Below, piece after piece: positions 10,871 to 23,310 of a DNA stretch of 64,000 nucleotides (the stretch's first letter is position 1; each line of letters begins with the position of its first letter). The position numbers were made by a program, and so were the translations under genes. The notes beneath the pieces were generated by a model that did no database searches, had not been told where the DNA came from, and saw only the letters and a list, made by a program, of their open reading frames with translations. This stretch comes from Somniosus microcephalus (taxonomy: Eukaryota). The stretch is taken from positions 40,300,001 through 40,364,000 of the forward strand of contig CM126203.1 in the NCBI GenBank assembly GCA_052327205.1, read 5' to 3'.

Positions 10871-13274
10871 ATGTGGCTTCAATGGAATACTGTACTGGAA
10901 GAGCTGAGATTTTGCTAATCTGACCTGTTAAAGCGAGAAATGCTGTACAGAATCAGAAATATTCTTTCACGCATTGCAGTGCAACGTGCTCTACAGGAAT
11001 AATATACAAACTGAGCTTAGAACCCCTGGCACCGAGTTCTCGCACAGTTCCATATCCCGAGAGAGGAAAAAATGGGGGAAATGACAGCGATTTGTAGTAT
11101 GGGCAAGCGAGCAGTGCAGAGATCCACTCTGTGAACATCGCCATAAGATTTCTGCCGTGATTGAAATGTCATGTGGCAGAATATCAGTGTTTCTTTAAAT
11201 ATACATTTTTGCAGAATATAAAATTACTTATAACAACTCTGCTCTCCCAATAGAATACTTTGATTAGCAATTGTGCGGTGAGCATTTCTTGCATGAAAAC
11301 ATCAAAGTAATGATACCGAAAACATTTTAATGCTAATTTAGTTAGGTTCAATGTTGCTCTAGCATGCTTGTACACTTGTTCCAATTAATCCTTGCTCAAG
11401 TAGATGGTAGGTTCAGTTAGCTGTTTTCTGTCACAGATGTAAAATGCACGTCTTTTGACAGCTGCAAAGAAATTCCGTATTTGTCAGGTGGGAAATGTAG
11501 TAAAGTTCACTCCAGGTCCTGTCCCTTATGTTGCATTCTTACTAAGTTAAAGTGATCAATGGAAGTAGTATGAGCAATTAGTGGGTTGCATCACATAACA
11601 TACTTTCTCCTTGGCAACTGCTAAATGGAACATTGAGAATCATGGTGTTCAAATGGGGGATGGGGTGGAGGGAAGAGAGGGATAGCATTTAACACTGGCA
11701 ATCAAAGTCTGGATTTTTTCCTACCCCCAATGAGAAAAGGTTAGTAACAATTGATCTAGCAGGCATTGAATAGTTAATGCATTGACTTTTGTCTACAGCA
11801 AGTTGTGCTCTTGCTGGATTTAGCTGTACATGAGAATTAGCAGAATTACTTTGAATGGCATGTGCAAAACAACCCCGGCCACGTGCACTTTGTGCCCTGG
11901 AATGTGTACAGGCGCAGGTTCTGCTTTTTGGTTTAGTTTTTCTTGAGATAAGATGAGTGATGAAGCATTTCTGTCGATCTCTGTTCTGTACAGTGAATCG
12001 CCTCTAGATGGTGTAGTTCCACTGACTCTGTCCTTGCACAGCTCGTCTGCCCTTGAAGCCAAATCTTCAGACGAGAAGCCTTCCATCTTGGATCATTCGG
12101 GTTCTTTGTTAACTTATCGGGCAGTCCCTTCAAGCTGGTGTGTATGCTGGTGCTGTTTCACACTCGCACCTTATTTATTTGCCTCTCGGTGCCTACTAAC
12201 TGTACCTCTGAAGTTTAGCATCAGAATAGCGGGGGGGGGGGGGAGATTTTCTCTGATGTAACTGTTGCTTGTTGTCTGAGCTGTTTTAATCATATGCTGA
12301 ACAATGAGCCTGGCTTTGGCCACATTCTTCAATGCATATTTTCTCTAACTTTTCAAGCTACTTGCCTGAATAGGGGATGGTTTTCATTGTGAAGCATGAG
12401 TGAGTAACAGGAGCTGAGAATAAGTTGAGGCCTACTAGAGTTGTATGTAGGCCAGAAGTCGAATGCTGGCAGTGAAATTTGCATTTTACGTGACTAAGAT
12501 CCATTACATAGCAACATCTAGACTGCTGGTTACATAGTTACTGTGAACTAATTAGCATACACAATTCATGCTGATTTAACACTCTAAATTGTAAAAATGT
12601 GACATTAGCCTGGATTAGCTAGGAGTTGCAGTATTTTGAAAGAAAATGGAACTAGAGATTACAAAAAATATTTATTTTGACAATGAAAATATCCATTTTG
12701 ATAGAAGATTGGTATAGTCTAACAAGGTCACAAGATGTGTTGCATTGAAATCAATTCACATATATTTTAATATTGTTTCATTTCTCTTTTTCCCTTGTCT
12801 GCATAGACGGTGTAGGTGATCTTATTCAGGCCTCTTGTCTCTAAATAGACACTGGAGATGCACCCGAGTGATCTAGGCTAATGATGCTTAAACTTTCCTG
12901 TGTTTCGAATCCCTGCAAATAATTGACGTACCCTCAACGACCTCTGTCCTAAATTCCAAAAGACAGCATCAGCTAACCAAAGCAAAGCCGTGCTATTGTT
13001 GCAGTAAACATGTTTTGTTTGTATATACAGTATCAGAAAGAACATACTAGTATTTCAGCAAATACAGAAATTTGACCCTAAAATACCCCTTCCCTCACAG
13101 GCCCTGAAGGATCTGGAGACCCCATTTTGAAAACCTATGATCTAGGTTGGTTCACCCTCGTGCTTTCTTGACCTTCCCTCCCAATGAAGAAGCAGTTGTA
13201 CTTGGAATGTCCCATTAACAGCGCAAATGTGAATGATAGTGGGTGTAGTCTAGTTCTTCTGTTGCTCTGCTGTC

Positions 13275-13730
13275 CAGCTATGGCTCAGTGGTAGCACTCT
13301 CTCAACTCTGAGTCAGAAGGTGGTGGGTTCAAGCCCCACTCCAGAGACTTGAGCAGATCATCCAGACTGGTACTGCAGTGCAGTACCGAGGGAATGCTGC
13401 CCTGTCGGAGGTGCGTGCCGTCTTTCGGATGAGACGTTAAACAGAGACCCCATTTGCCCCCTCAGGTGGACGTAAAAGATCCCATGGCACTATTTCGAAG
13501 AAGGGATGGGGAGTTTTCCCCAGTGTCCTGACCAATATTTATTCCTCTACCAACATCAATAAAACAGATTATCTGCTGTTTGTGGGACCTTGCTGTCTGC
13601 AAATTGGTTGCCACATTGCCTACATTACAACAGTGACTGCACTTCAAAAATATTTGGCTGTAAAGTGCTATGGGGCATCCTGAGGTCGGTCGTGAAAGGC
13701 ACTATATAAATGCAAGTCTTTCTTACTTTC
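13275..13730 (+). mobile_element. Full-length tRNA-derived DeuSINE-like SINE with L2-type tail
   Basis: Pol III A box TGGCTCAGTGG (13281) and B box GGTTCAAGCCC (13326); central aaaagatcccatggcactatttcgaagaag domain; tail aaggcactatataaatgcaagtcttt. Confidence 0.88.
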
Positions 13731-14949
13731 TATTGCCTAAGTCACTTTCTCTCTCTTTTCCCCCCCCCCCCACCACCCCAGGCCATTTGCAGCTTGCAAA
13801 GTATTTACAAATGGGCTCAAACAATTGTAGAACTTCCCATTATATCTAACCAAAGATGGCATTTGTTTGACGTGAGTTGGAGTATCTCTATCAATTGCCT
13901 TTAGCTGAACATGTATCGGAATATGAAGTCCAGCTGTGGTATGTGCAGGGAGAAGGAGTCTGTGCTTCATTCTTTTTTTAATGTACTTTTAAATGCAAGT
14001 TAAATAAATTCAAGTCTAAATTCTAACACATTGCAGGATTCTTGGGTTGGCTTTAAAAAGTGTGCTGACAAAATAAAAACGGTGCTATGTAAAAAAAAAA
14101 GCACAAAGTGTTTCTTGAGATTCCCTTGATGAGGGAACTTGCAGCACTTTTTTAGAAAAATGATATTGGGAACAAAACAGGCTGGTTAGGAATAACAATG
14201 TAAATGCTGGAAATTTACAGAATCTCTGGGGTTCTGAAATCAAAAAATCTCAGTTACAAAGCTTGACTAAAATGAGCATTTCCAGATTCATGTACAAATG
14301 GGTAAGACAGTATAACCCTATTTTAAGTCTGGTCAGAGGTACAGCTTTACATGTGCACAAATTCCTGGGCTAACCGAAATTGTGGCTCTCTAACAGTTTG
14401 GAGTGTAAGCTGACCACATGGTGTGGTAATCAGCGATATAGTAATGGAGGATCCCAGATTTAGTTCCTGCTCTGTGCTGAATTAGCCAATCTTAGCTGGA
14501 GTAGCAGAAGGGGCATTACAAACTAGGGAAGTCCCCAAACTATGCAAAGGAACATTTGGGCAGGGCTCCCGTTGAACCATCGAAGTTTACCGCACAGAAG
14601 GAGGCCATTCAGTCCATCATGTCTGTGCTGGCTCTTTGCTAGGGCAATCCGAAACTAATCCAACTGCCCCACTCTCCCCAGCGAATGCTCTGCTCAGTCC
14701 TAACAAGTTTCCAGGGTGGGTCCTGACAGGGGTGCTAGGCCCCTCATTAACATATTCAAAGTGTCTAATGCCTGAGCATTAGACACTTTATGGGGTCGGG
14801 CATATTTCAGGTGTCCTTGGGGCACAGGAGACAGCACTGAGAAATTTAAGCTTTTTGCTTCTGTTCTGCGCCCAATAAAACTGGCACAGCAGAGTCCAAT
14901 TTCTCGGCCTATGTATTTGAATCCTAAAGTGTCTCTGTTCATCCACACC

Positions 14950-15490
14950 CTGCAAGTGTCTTTCCATTAAGCGTATACTCCCATTTATTGTTTTTTCTCT
15001 CAAAATATATTACCTCACACTTATTAAATTGCATCTGCCATTTATCTACCCATTCTGCTAACTTGCATGTCTTCCAGAGGTCTTTCACAATCTGTTTGCC
15101 AAAATCTCTGTGTTGTCAGCAAATTTTGAGATTGTGTTCCCTGTACCCAAGTCCAAATCATTTATACATATTGGGAACAAAACTGGAGCCAGCACTGACT
15201 CCTGGGTTACATTTCCAAGCAGTTACCCCAAACTTTGTTTCCTGCCAACCAACTTTCTATCTATGCTGCTACGTTTCCTTATACTATACAGGTGAATTTT
15301 TCTAACACCTCTTGTGAGGTGCCTTCTGAAAATCCATATACTGTACACCACTTCTACTGTATTTCCTTTATCTATTAAATTGGTCATTTCAAAACATTCT
15401 ATTAACTTTTTCAAATATGACTTGCCTTTAACATATCTGTACCGACTGTCCTTGATTATTAGCCGTGCATTTCTAAACACTTACTAATCT
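14950..15490 (-). mobile_element. Degraded CR1 RT fragment
   Basis: ORF 15223-15480 resembles KGKSCLTNLIEFFE...DKG..VDVVY. Confidence 0.7.
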
Positions 15491-15873
15491 TGAATTATGA
15501 ACCTGTACTAATTGGCATGACTGTAATGCCAGTAATTACTGGATTGAGTTGCTGCCCTTCCGTGTCCACTAAACTATCCACAGTATCTAAGGTACAGTAT
15601 GTTCACTTGGATACAAGAATGTCAAACTCCATTGTTGTGTGTGTCCATGAAGGGTTTTATCCTATTTTGCACCAGCAAGTGCAAAAGCTTTTTATTATTT
15701 TTGTCTGTAGTGTAAGATGTTTTGGACTTTTTTTTGGATACTTTCACTTTACAGTCTAAATCTGTTCACTGATTGGCTGAAGCTGACAAGGAGCAGTCAG
15801 TCTGATTTCAAAAACTGTATCAGGACACCCCTCGGTTCCACTACATCCCTAGAGAGAAGCATACTGTTACCAT

Positions 15874-16505
15874 GACATTTTCATCCCATGCTGTTTAGGC
15901 TGGGAGTTAAGACCCTATCGAAGTTGTGTTCAGTGGGATGTTGGCAGTTCCCTGCTCCCACCTCTAGTTGTGACGTGCAAGCTGTTTGTGTCACTTGTGC
16001 CCTTTTTTTAATCCATCCAGGCTTTTTGTGCTGGCTTTTTTAATTTGGTGAGTTAGTCTGTTGATCATTTGCTAGACAGTCATAACCTTGAATGTGTTGC
16101 TTGTCTGATGCTGCCAGGACCAGAACTTGTTCTTGGGTGGCCATGCTGTTTGCATGCATTGAAAACAACTGGAAATGGATATATGAGGTATGTTGATGCA
16201 GTGAATTGCCTTGAATATATTTTGAAATCCTATTCTAGATTCTGTTGTCAGTATAGCTGTGCCCATCTCAATTTTGGCATCGGTAACTCCAAGGCTGGGT
16301 GTAGAGTAAAGCTGTCTCTATTCTGCCCCAACCCCCCAGAGTACCAGTATGGTATATTGCCTCCACTTTTCATGCCAGCCATCCTCTGGACCTGCCAAAT
16401 GAATGCCAGTATGGACAGTGTGACGCTGTGCATCCACACCAACTAGGAAGTTCCACCAGTTGGCAGAGGACATTTTCATCCCATGCTGTTTAGGCTGGGA
16501 GTTAA
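15874..16505 (+). repeat. Exact 37-bp direct repeat (15874-15910 and 16469-16505)
   Basis: GACATTTTCATCCCATGCTGTTTAGGCTGGGAGTTAA occurs twice, 595 bp apart. Confidence 0.9.
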
Positions 16506-17209
16506 TACCATATTTCAATAACCTTTTCAAACCTAGATGTGGGGGCTCAGTCGATAAGTTTGCATGTATTGTGAATGACTTGGTACCACAACAGGATGGT
16601 CTTAGGCTTAATCCCGGTAGGAAAAATAGTTCCTAAATGAGGACTGATTCTCAGCATTGTTCAGTTTTCTTTTCTCTCTCTCTTCCCGGTACCCTGGGTG
16701 AGGTTGACCAACTGCAGAAACCAAGAACTGAATGGAGGACTCTTCCTGCTCTGTGATGCAGTACTGTACTATGTGGTACATTTGGCAAATGAGCCATTGG
16801 GGAGGTCTAACACTGTTACTCTCTTCTGTGGTGCCCATAAGTACAGATTAAAGATGGCTGGCAGTGAGATTCAAGGCAATCATTGACCCTGTGGTGTGGT
16901 GCCCTAAACAATGAGAAGCATAATGTAAAGCTATTTCTTTATATATGAGATCCTATTTAAATTACTTTTTCCCGAGGGTCAATGGCTGTATTACAGGCAG
17001 CAGGAAATGCCGGAGGAGCTGCAACAGAGCAGCAGTTAGGTCTTTGCTGATTTCAGCAACACCATGGATGCTACAATTGGCCTTGGTACCCATGGGCAAG
17101 GGAGAGGGGAAATCGGCCAGTTATCCCCCTCTTGACTGGTATCCAGTGCAAGTGATGTTGGGCGAAGATACCATCTGGCTTGCCTGTGATGCCCCAATAG
17201 CCGCCGGAC

Positions 17210-18049
17210 TTTTTTTTATTTGTTCATGGCATGAGGGCATCGCTGGCAAGGCCAGCATTTATTGCCCATCCCTAATTGACCTTGAGAAGGTGGTGGCGAG
17301 TCGCCTTGAACCGCTGCAGTCCGTGTGGTGAAGGTACTCCCACAGTGCTGTTAGGGAGGGAGTTCCAGGATTTTGACCCAGCAACGATGAAGGATCGGTG
17401 ATATACTTCTAAGTCAGGATGGTGTCACTTGGAGGTGGTGGTGTTCCCATGTGCCTGCTGCCCTTGTCCTTCTAGGTGGTAAAGGTCGCGGGTTTGGGAG
17501 GTGCTGCCGAAGAAGCCTTGGTGAGTTGCTGCAGTGCATCTTGTAGATGGTACACACTGCAGCCACGGTACGCTGGTGGTGGATGGGATGCCAATCAAGT
17601 GGGCTGCTTTGTCCTGGATGGTGTCGAGCTTTTTGAGTGATGTTGGAGCTGCACTCATCCAGGCAAGTGGAGAGTATTCCATCACACTCCTTACTTGTGC
17701 CTTGTAGATGGTGGAAAGGCTTTGGGGAGTCAGGAGATGAGACACTCGCCGCAGAATACCTAGCCTCTGACCTGCTCTTGTTGCCACAGTATTTATGTGG
17801 CTGGTCCAGTTAAGTTTCTAGTCACTGGTGACACCCCCCCAGGATATTGATGGTGGGGGATTCGGCGATGGTAATGCCATGGGGCGGTGGTTAGATGCAC
17901 ACTTGTTGGAGATGGTCATTGCCTGGCACTTGTGTGGTGCGAATGTTACTTGCCACTCATCAGCCCAAGCCTGAATGTCACCCAGGTCTTGCTGCCTGCG
18001 GGCATAGACTGCTTCTTTATCTGAGGAGTTTCGAATGGCACTGAACATT
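17210..18049 (-). mobile_element. Family-A LINE fragment, inserted into an older SINE-like repeat
   Basis: ORFs 17425-17787 and 17818-18048 are near-identical to the copies at 536-1610 and 50820-52237. Flanks 17020-17200 and 18050-18130 resemble the repeat at 62340-62620. Confidence 0.9.
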
Positions 18050-18322
18050 AAGAATGGCTACTTGGGTGTGGTGAGTTGCCAGCATCTGTAGGATAACCCA
18101 ACATATGATAGCGCCTTCAAAAGAGTAGAGAAAACTGATACTGGACTGGGAAAATGTGGTCTGCTGGTCTCTGGAAATTGTGCCAAAACTCTACTATAAA
18201 TTGTTAAATTTGTACCATATTTTTATTTTCAGTGAATTGTATTCCACATTACATACCACTTACCAAAAATTGGGCATTTTAGATTAATTTTGTACCTTTT
18301 CTTCCCCACCCCCTCCCCTTAG

Positions 18323-18595
18323 TGTGTTCCATGGGAACCAGTACCAGCAGGTTGTACAGCGCTCTGGCTCCAACTATAACCGATAATGGTATACCACAGC
18401 CACAGGAGTATGCCGTAGAGACTGACTTGGAACCAGTTGATCCAACAGACCCCAATGATCTCCTCAAAGAATGTCAGAAGGTCCTTGAAAACCGTCCGCC
18501 CAGACTCCAGCGGGATTTTCTGTATCTAAGGAAAAATAATCTTGCCGGTGACTGTCGTCCAATCAAGGTCTTGCAGTGGAACATACTAGCACAAG
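18323..18595 (+). CDS. NOCT: Nocturnin coding exon 2 (VCSMGTSTSRLYSAL...IKVLQWNILAQ)
   Basis: Pyrimidine tract plus AG at 18321-18322; GT donor at 18596; phase 1 at both ends. Translation matches vertebrate nocturnin exon 2, including the EEP motif QWNILAQ (equivalent of human N149). Confidence 0.95.
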
Positions 18596-18694
18596 GTCTG
18601 TCCTTTTGGTGTTTATACCACTTGCACTAGTGGTGAATTTAAATGGTAACTATATGGTGATGTTTAATATGAGAATAATACTGTTAAATTATAA

Positions 18695-19185
18695 CTCTTC
18701 TCTCCTTGTTGGGGTACTGTTCCATAGGCAGTGCCAACCCTCCAGCCCCTTGCTCAAATGGTTAATGTTCAAGCCCACGCAACGTTAGAAAGCTATTTGA
18801 CAACAGTGGGGGTTACAGCTGCATCTGACTCTGTTCTTGCCTGACATCCACGTGGATTTTCCAGCAGGGGGCACTGTATGGTGATCAACCTAGTTGATTT
18901 TATTCTATATTTAATTTTCTTTCCTCAACCCAGGGATGCTGAGGTGAATAGTAACATCCTAACTCTGCCCAGCTATCTCAGCATGGACCAGAAATCCAGC
19001 TAAAATCATTCTCTCTCCTCTCCTCCTTTCCCTCCAACCGAAAGATAGTTCTCTAAGTACCGCTCGTCCTCTGATAGCGTGCCCAATGGGCCATTCTTCA
19101 TGCCCGAGCCTAGAAAGTGGGCATCGCCAGGCTATTTGAGTATGAAGGCATCACTGCTGAGCCTGAACCTATATTTACAGTGATG
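18695..19185 (-). mobile_element. Two degraded copies of an old SINE-like repeat (relatives at about 14420-14570, 44390-44700, 45860-46140 and 62340-62620)
   Basis: Shared segments ggccattcttca, aggctatttga, gggcatcac and ttccagcagggg. Confidence 0.55.
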
Positions 19186-20347
19186 TAATTACCTCCTTTT
19201 TCTTCCCCGCCTTTCCCAATTACTACCCCATGAATAGTCACATTGTGGGGTATTGCAGCATGCTCTCTCTCTTTTTGTGAACCATCAGCTGCTGTTGACA
19301 ATGTGTTGGTTAACAATTTCTAACCTCTTTTACTGTGACTTGTACATATTTTTTATTAATGTTTTCAAACAAATTCTTAACCAGACCTTTTACAGCAAAA
19401 TGTAGATCTTTTTTAGGTTGCTGCTATCCTTTGATGCCGGTTATGATTCACCAGGCCTGTGTAAAGGCTCTGTTACATTGTGCTAGTGGCAGCAGGAGCA
19501 CAGCACTCCAGCCACCAGTTGCACCCAACAATATAAAGGAGGCAAGCTCCATGCCTCTGATTGCAACCTGTTCATATCTTATCCCAGAGCGCAAGAATGG
19601 CTGTTAGTGGGAAACATGCACCTCCTTGTTGCCCCTCCAGTGGACCCATCACCAGATGCCTGCTATTAAGTTTCAAAAAGAGAGCAGTGCTGTTGTAGAT
19701 CTCTGCTTGACGCCCCAATATCAAAATGCTGTACAGTCCCATGGTATAATTTGTCCCATACACATAGATAATGGAGCCCGTAGATAAAACATGCACACCA
19801 TCTTTGCCATCATGCGTAGAAGGTGCAATTCTTAAATGAGTGTGACCTTGTGCAGCTTTTCCACAGGTTTGTAGTTCAAATGCAGTTTTTTTTTTAAGCT
19901 TGAGTCATAACATTTAATAGGCTTTTCACTGTTCCAGTGGAATAACCTGGACTACTGACAGGATCAACACCCTGCTTTGAATATGCCCTACACACACTAG
20001 TAAAGAATGCATGAAAGGATTTAGTTCACTAGAAGACTTGGTGCTTGAGCCAGAACATGGATAAAGTGCCCCTTTGGTTAAACAAACACACTTTTTTTCT
20101 GAAACATAGTACCAGTCAATTGAGATATCGTCCCTTTCACTGTGGCCCTGATACTTTGAGGGTAGAACTTTGAGGCAGTAAAGGGACATGTGTGTATTTT
20201 ACAACATCCGAGCTGTGCTTTGTCCTTAATGTAAATTGTATGTGCATAATATTTTCAATCTTCTCTGTTCTTCCTGCACTATCCCTGGAGTTCATAAAAT
20301 GCGATTTGATTTTTACATTTCAACTCTTCTTTCTAATTTTGATGCAG

Positions 20348-21180
20348 CTCTTGGAGAATGGAAGGACAATTTTATCAAGTGTCCAAGGGAAGCTTTAAAC
20401 TGGTCAGAGCGTAAATACCTTATCCTGGAGGAGATTCTGACCTACCGCCCAGATATCTTGTGTCTGCAAGAAGTGGACCATTACTTTGACACCTTCCAGC
20501 CCATTCTCAGTGGGTTAGGCTATCATTCAACCTTCTTTCCTAAACCATCGTCTCCTTGCTTGGATGTAGAACCTAACAATGGGCCAGATGGATGTGCTTT
20601 GTTTTTTCTACAGGAGAGATTTGAATTGATCGACAGTGTCACAATTAGACTAGTAGCCAGGATGTTGCAGACCAATCAAGTGGCTATTGTCCAAACCCTC
20701 CGGTGCATTGAAACCGGCAGGGTGTTTTGTGTTGCTGTAACACACCTGAAGGCCTGCAGTGGCTGGGAGCGGTTCCGTTCATCACAAGGCTGCGATCTGC
20801 TTCAGAATCTAGAAAGCATCACTGATGGGGCTGGTATTCCCCTTATTGTGTGTGGAGACTTTAACGCTGAGCCCACTGAAGATGTTTACAAACAGTTTAC
20901 TAAGTCCAGTCTAAATCTGAACAGCGCATACAAGCTACTGAGTGAGGATGGTCAATCAGAACCTCCCTTCACAACATGGAAAATACGACCCTCGGGAGAG
21001 AGCTGCCACACATTGGATTACATTTGGTATTCCCAGCATGCATTTAGTGTGAACAGATTACTCAATTTGCCCACAGAGGAACAGATTGGCCCTAATCGCT
21101 TGCCATCGTTCCACTACCCTTCAGATCATTTGTCACTTGTTTGTGAATTTAGCTTTCTAGATCAACTTGATGAATGTTGA
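20348..21180 (+). CDS. NOCT: Nocturnin terminal coding exon, EEP catalytic domain
   Basis: Acceptor ...gatgcAG at 20346-20347 joins exon 2 in frame (CAA G|CT = QA). Motifs LCLQEVDH, THLKA, CGDFN, TLDYIWY and YPSDH are present. Stop TGA at 21178-21180. Confidence 0.97.
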
Positions 21181-23310
21181 CACATTTCAATCTGTTATTG
21201 ACAGTGATATTAAAGGTTAGTCAATACATTGATGAATCTCACCCCCACCCCACTCCACTCCTATTGAACCAGTGATGCCATCATATGAATATTTGAGACA
21301 GGTGTCCCCTCAGACCAGGATTGCTAATGAAAATGCTACACTGTGCTTGTCTCATGTGCAACAAGGTTTTTTTTGCCAGTAAAGATTTAAGTACAGTTTC
21401 TTCAAAACATTGCACACTTCTTAGGGGTTTGGTTAGTTTGTCTCAAATTATGGGTGTGATATAGTCACATCAATCCATAATGCTTAGTTTGGTTTGCATT
21501 TTAGTTCAGTAATGGCCAGTTTTATGTTCTGATATTACACACTAAGTTGTTATGGCTTAGCTGCATCTATTACCTCCCCCACACTGTGACTTACCGAAGG
21601 AGGAAGGATGACCTACTACCTTAACCATTCTCTAATTATTTGTTGGGCTGAGTGAATGCACAAATCTTCCCTGAACTACAAAAATTATCCAAGTATAAAC
21701 TGATCAAAATTGTTAAACTACAGTTAATAGGATTGTTGCAAAGTACAATTTTGACCATTGATGTACTAACCATTGTGCAGTTCTCAAAAACAAACTTAAC
21801 CAAATGTGCAATTGTCTTACTTTCAATGTTGTGCTCTTTAAGATGGTAGTACTAGGGAATGGAACCCTGTGCCCACTTATAGCACAGTCTGATAGAGTAA
21901 AGGCCTCTATTTTGCTCAGTGGCAGACGACTACCACCAACTGCACCACTGATTTTTTTTTTCCATTTCCCTGTGGTCTGGTTGCTGAAATAAGGACAGTT
22001 TTGTGCTGAGGTATTTTACATAGGATCCTTAGTTAGCAGCCAGGAGAGGAGACCTTTATCTTAGCAGGTTCCAGAGATGAAAGGCCACTGTCTAACTCTC
22101 TGCCCCACAATTCCCTGTTTTTAATCCTATGTTCTTACTAGTTTCCAGCATGTCTTTTTAAATGTTACAGTAATCCTGTTGTGGTAACCTTTTGAGGTAC
22201 ATTGTTGAAATGCTGTTAATAGGATTGTTAGTACAGTTTTGACCCTTAAGTACTAACCATTGTAACTTATGCAGTTTGTGTAACTTCTTTTAAAAAAAAT
22301 TACTTTACCAAGTGTGTATTTATAGTATTCTTGATTAAAAACTTGGGCCCAAAATGTTACAAAAGCCTGAAGTTAGTAAATATTAGCAGAGGAACCGTTT
22401 ATATGTGGCATCCCTTTGTCCTCTGTTTTAAAATGGTGGATGTGGGAATGTCATTCATCTGCTAGTATTGCTAACAGTAATATGTGGTGGCACTGCACTG
22501 GAAATACTTAACATCTGAACTGAATATTGGGAATAACTTTTTCCAGATTTTAATAGTCCTACCTTTTGAAAGCCAGTATTATGAAATGACCACTATTCTA
22601 GTTTGAAAGGCTGAAGTTTTTCCAGGTATATTTTTCACGTATGTTCTAGGTGCAATAGAAGATAAAAGCTAGTGTCTTAAGCACAAAGAAAACTTCAGTC
22701 CTAAAATTCACACTTTAAAAAAAAAATTCTCACGGGCCCTGAATTGGTCCCAAACAATTTTTAATCAACTAACCAGAACTTTACAAAAATATGTTGTGAA
22801 AGAAAGATGTATATAATCATTAGCTGCATCATCCAGCCTAGTATTTAGTTCTGTGTCTTTCCCATGGTAAGCTCCACCCATCTGTCTGAATGGAATGCAT
22901 AAATACGGCACCATTTTGAATTGCAGTATCCTGGATATTAAATGAGCTAATCAAAAGTCGTAGCTAACTTACAGCAATTACAAAAACAGCTATCCTAATT
23001 TATTTCTGCAACTTAAAATGCAGGTATTTATTTATTGACCTACAGTGTACCAAATATTTGTCTGCAGAGGAATGTGTATTAAGGATGGGCATTCAATTGA
23101 GTTTCAAAATACCAATTTTGGGCTTTTAATGCTTTAGTTTCCCAGTTATTTAATATACTGTACATTGAAACAAACTGCTTTATTATTTCTATATTGTGGT
23201 ATTGACCCATGTTCATTCAATAATGGGAACTGTACCTGCCTAGCTTACTGAGCTGGTAACTTTGATCAAATGCTTGTAATTACAAATAAATCAGAACTGC
23301 ACTATTAATC
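21181..23310 (+). other. NOCT: Probable NOCT 3'UTR with polyadenylation signal AATAAA at 23285-23290
   Basis: AT-rich, largely repeat-poor stretch after the stop. Overlapping ATTTA elements near 23026-23037, Pumilio-type TGTATATA at 22808-22815, and AATAAA followed by a GT/T-rich stretch near 23319. Confidence 0.6.

Noticed and set aside
13275-13350. tRNA gene
   Set aside because: The A and B boxes belong to a SINE head, followed by SINE body and tail; the same holds at 56727.
20236-20347. N-terminal 37 residues of the 314-aa ORF
   Set aside because: Intronic read-through upstream of the true acceptor at 20347, with a non-ATG start.
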